27,980 nt of DNA from an uncultured Bacteroidota bacterium (GTDB taxonomy: Bacteria > Bacteroidota > Bacteroidia > NS11-12g > UBA9320). The notes below the pieces were generated by a model. It was not told the DNA's origin. It saw only the letters and a program-made list of their open reading frames with translations, and made no database searches. Location: positions 1 to 27,980 of the forward strand of contig CAJXLR010000001.1 in the NCBI GenBank assembly GCA_913056425.1, read 5' to 3'. Positions 25,740 through 27,980 of this stretch are shown piece after piece; the first letter of the stretch is position 1; every line of letters begins with the position of its first letter. The translations under genes and the position numbers were made by a program.

Positions 25740-26852
25740 CTAGTCGTCGAGATGCTTACGCGCTTTCTTCGGAACGGATTTGTGATGAACCACAATGGAT
25801 ATCGTTTTCATACGCATATACGCCTCACTCATAAGCGTGTACCCTTCAATTCCGGCTCGCTCCGACCAAGAATTCTTTACCATGTAGAACTTGCGACCAT
25901 CTTTGTACGTTGCGGTTCCTACAATGTGCATCAAATGGTCATCCGTTGAAGTTAAGTTGTCAAAGTTTGCTTGACGACTTTCCTGTGTCACCTTTGGTTC
26001 TTCAGGCATTACCTCCGGAACTTGTTTCAAGGCCGAGGTGTCATCACACAAAAGGGCATATCCCTTCCGTCGCAAAAAGCCTTTTTCACTTACATCTCCA
26101 TCCCATTCAACGGTGTAGCCGCTCTCTAATGCGCCATCAATTACTTGCATCATGATGTCAAGCGGAACATTATCATACTCGCCATCGCTCCAATTGTCCG
26201 GTACCTCAAGAATGAAATCATCACCAAATTCTTGATGGTTAAATGATGTAATACCCACATAATCATCTACATCAATTCCAATAACCTCATCTGCAAAACT
26301 CTTAGCGTTGTACGATTTTCCCTCATATTCAAAAACTGCCGGAACCGCTCCAAGGTGTTCATCCATAATTGCGGCAAACCCATCTTTCCAATGAGGGTCA
26401 ATTGGTCGTGACTTGAGAAGTGAGTCCAAATACAACTTAAGTTCTTTCTCTAACGCAGAGTGATTGTGCTTGTCTTTCCCATTCAACCCAGTGTAAGCAG
26501 ATTGAGGCATCATTCCGTATTTCTCGTATGAGTGCAGTAGGTCGTGGGCTAATGCTCCTTGACTAAAATTCGCAATTCCATGATACCGAACATACCGAAT
26601 AGCTTTTTCCATGTAGATGTTGCGCACGGTAAACATTTCCGAGATATCTATAGCCTTCCCTCGGGTACGTAAAACTTCAGACTCGATAAACGAACTGGTG
26701 GAATAGCTCCAACACGTTCCGGTTATATCCTGACTTTTTACCGATGTGGCCTCACAGTCGTTAACTCGAACAAACCCTTCCGGCAAAGTTTGTATTTGGG
26801 CTGATGCAGATAACGCTGCAGCCAGTACAATCATCGATGCAATTTTTCTCAT
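25740..26852 (-). CDS. Exported C1-family cysteine peptidase (aminopeptidase C / bleomycin hydrolase-like)
   Basis: Signal peptide, QDITGTCWSYS (oxyanion Gln and catalytic Cys), DDHLMH (His), VKNSW (Asn). Confidence 0.92.
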   Translation of the reverse strand: MRKIASMIVLAAALSASAQIQTLPEGFVRVNDCEATSVKSQDITGTCWSYSTSSFIESEVLRTRGKAIDISEMFTVRNIYMEKAIRYVRYHGIANFSQGALAHDLLHSYEKYGMMPQSAYTGLNGKDKHNHSALEKELKLYLDSLLKSRPIDPHWKDGFAAIMDEHLGAVPAVFEYEGKSYNAKSFADEVIGIDVDDYVGITSFNHQEFGDDFILEVPDNWSDGEYDNVPLDIMMQVIDGALESGYTVEWDGDVSEKGFLRRKGYALLCDDTSALKQVPEVMPEEPKVTQESRQANFDNLTSTDDHLMHIVGTATYKDGRKFYMVKNSWSERAGIEGYTLMSEAYMRMKTISIVVHHKSVPKKARKHLDD

Positions 26853-26882
26853 ACCGCAAATGAACTACGGTAAACGCAGATA

Positions 26883-27518
26883 TCAAAGCAGAGGCAGTTG
26901 TGGGTCGACCAATGTAATCGTTGCCGCTGCCGACACATAGTATTGCCTCTTGTTGGTGATGCACAAACACTTGTACCGTTTACGAAGTAAAGGGCCTTTT
27001 TCAAACACCATATTGTTGTGAATCCGAAACCGTGTTCCTTCGGGAACTTCGCGTAAAGTTAATGTTTGATGTTCATCGAACTCGCTGAGTGCAGCTGATA
27101 GTGAGTGATCGGAGCAACTACTCGCAGCAGGGTTAGCGATATAACGCCGAATAGCAGTTTCCAAAGATTCCGGAAACACTTGTCTATCGAAGTACGGTTG
27201 CAGTTGAGACTGAAACGCACGTTTCCATTCAATACCGTGTGGTTTAACTTTTTGTCGGTAAACCTCCCAGGTGTCTAAATGGGCAAACTCGTGTAGTGTA
27301 GTTAGCAAGAATGCATATGGATTTAAATCGGCGTTAACACTTATCCGATGTGGTTGTCCCCGCATGGCAGGCCGGTAATCCCCTAATTTGGTTTTACGTG
27401 GTTTAGCAATTCGAAAGCGTACTTCATTGAGTTTGATGTATTCCCAAACGCTGGTCACGGTGTTTTGCGGTAGGTATACCGCAAGTAAGTTGATATGTTT
27501 CTGATCAGTACCGGGCAC
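26883..27518 (-). CDS. SprT-like zinc metalloprotease-domain protein
   Basis: RKTKLGDYR, TLLHEFAH (HExxH), PHGIEWK. The exact start is uncertain. Confidence 0.88.
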   Translation of the reverse strand: MPGTDQKHINLLAVYLPQNTVTSVWEYIKLNEVRFRIAKPRKTKLGDYRPAMRGQPHRISVNADLNPYAFLLTTLHEFAHLDTWEVYRQKVKPHGIEWKRAFQSQLQPYFDRQVFPESLETAIRRYIANPAASSCSDHSLSAALSEFDEHQTLTLREVPEGTRFRIHNNMVFEKGPLLRKRYKCLCITNKRQYYVSAAATITLVDPQLPLL

Positions 27519-27852
27519 TCTTTATACACGTTACACACCGCACACTGTCAGGCATCACTTTGAGTTTTTCAAATTCAATTTCACCTCCGCATTGACGACA
27601 CAACCCATAGGATTCTGAATCAAGCATTTTTAAACTTCGCTCCAACCTCCCAAGTTTATCCTTCGCATTGCGCAGGGCAGCCTCGTTTACACTTTTATTG
27701 TTGATGGCATCCATTCGGCTAATCCGACCAATCGCATTCTCCGGAGAAATAGGCTTGGTAAGCTCAGTGTATTCAGCCACGTCAGATTTTACTCGCTTCA
27801 TCTTTTTTTCGATGACCGTTCTAAGCTCTTCTATTTGATGCGGTGATAACAC
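27505..27852 (-). CDS. TraR/DksA C4-type zinc-finger protein
   Basis: Coiled coil with PENAIGRISRMDAINNKS at the tip, then YGLCRQC...RCVTC. GTG start and 14-nt overlap with the SprT-like gene. Confidence 0.88.
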   Translation of the reverse strand: MLSPHQIEELRTVIEKKMKRVKSDVAEYTELTKPISPENAIGRISRMDAINNKSVNEAALRNAKDKLGRLERSLKMLDSESYGLCRQCGGEIEFEKLKVMPDSVRCVTCIKSARY

Positions 27853-27877
27853 GCTTCGAATCTATTGAAAATGTTTC

Positions 27878-27916
27878 TAGATTCTATCCGTAGTCTGAGA
27901 CTACGTATAGAATCTA
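27878..27916. repeat. 39-nt near-perfect palindrome upstream of the TraR/DksA gene
   Basis: TAGATTCTAT-C-CGTAGTCT-G-AGACTACG-T-ATAGAATCTA: 18 bp paired, one mismatch, 1-nt centre. Confidence 0.8.
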
Positions 27917-27980
27917 CGGACTTTTACGTATTTATTATCCTGATCTTTTTTGGTTTCTTTGACAATAAGCATACACAAAT

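Noticed and set aside
27921-27980. 3' end of a further minus-strand gene
   Set aside because: Several frames are open over this short stretch and none can be identified.
1-27980. Defence island, prophage, IS or biosynthetic gene cluster
   Set aside because: No integrase, transposase, phage structural, nuclease, toxin-antitoxin or PKS/NRPS genes were found.

Overview
Mostly core or housekeeping DNA from a Bacteroidota bacterium. The assignment rests on two T9SS C-terminal sorting domains and TAnnTTTG-type promoter boxes. In order, the genes are: a partial di-heme cytochrome c peroxidase lipoprotein, an alkyltransferase-like protein, two tandem Cys-rich CGHC redoxins, an outer-membrane protein, an MBOAT + SGNH-like pair, a LEA-like helical repeat protein, trhO, a CBS-pair gene broken by one in-frame TGA, a GH3-like adenylating enzyme, dusB, CPBP-cdsA-gdhA-psd, a small CCCH zinc-finger protein, two T9SS cargo proteins, class II RNR nrdJ, a GGGP-synthase family gene, an MFS transporter, mscL, a C1 peptidase, a SprT-like protein and a TraR/DksA protein. 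I found no tRNA, rRNA, CRISPR array, transposase, integrase or prophage gene, and I cannot support a complete new multi-gene system. The best leads are the CBS nonsense codon, the MBOAT/SGNH-like pair, a composite REP-like element between heptamer arrays, recurring 7/8-mer intergenic arrays, a 27-nt motif at two gene ends, alternative hairpins upstream of the DksA/TraR gene, and DnaA-like boxes upstream of nrdJ. Family assignments come from motif recognition by eye; no database search was run.
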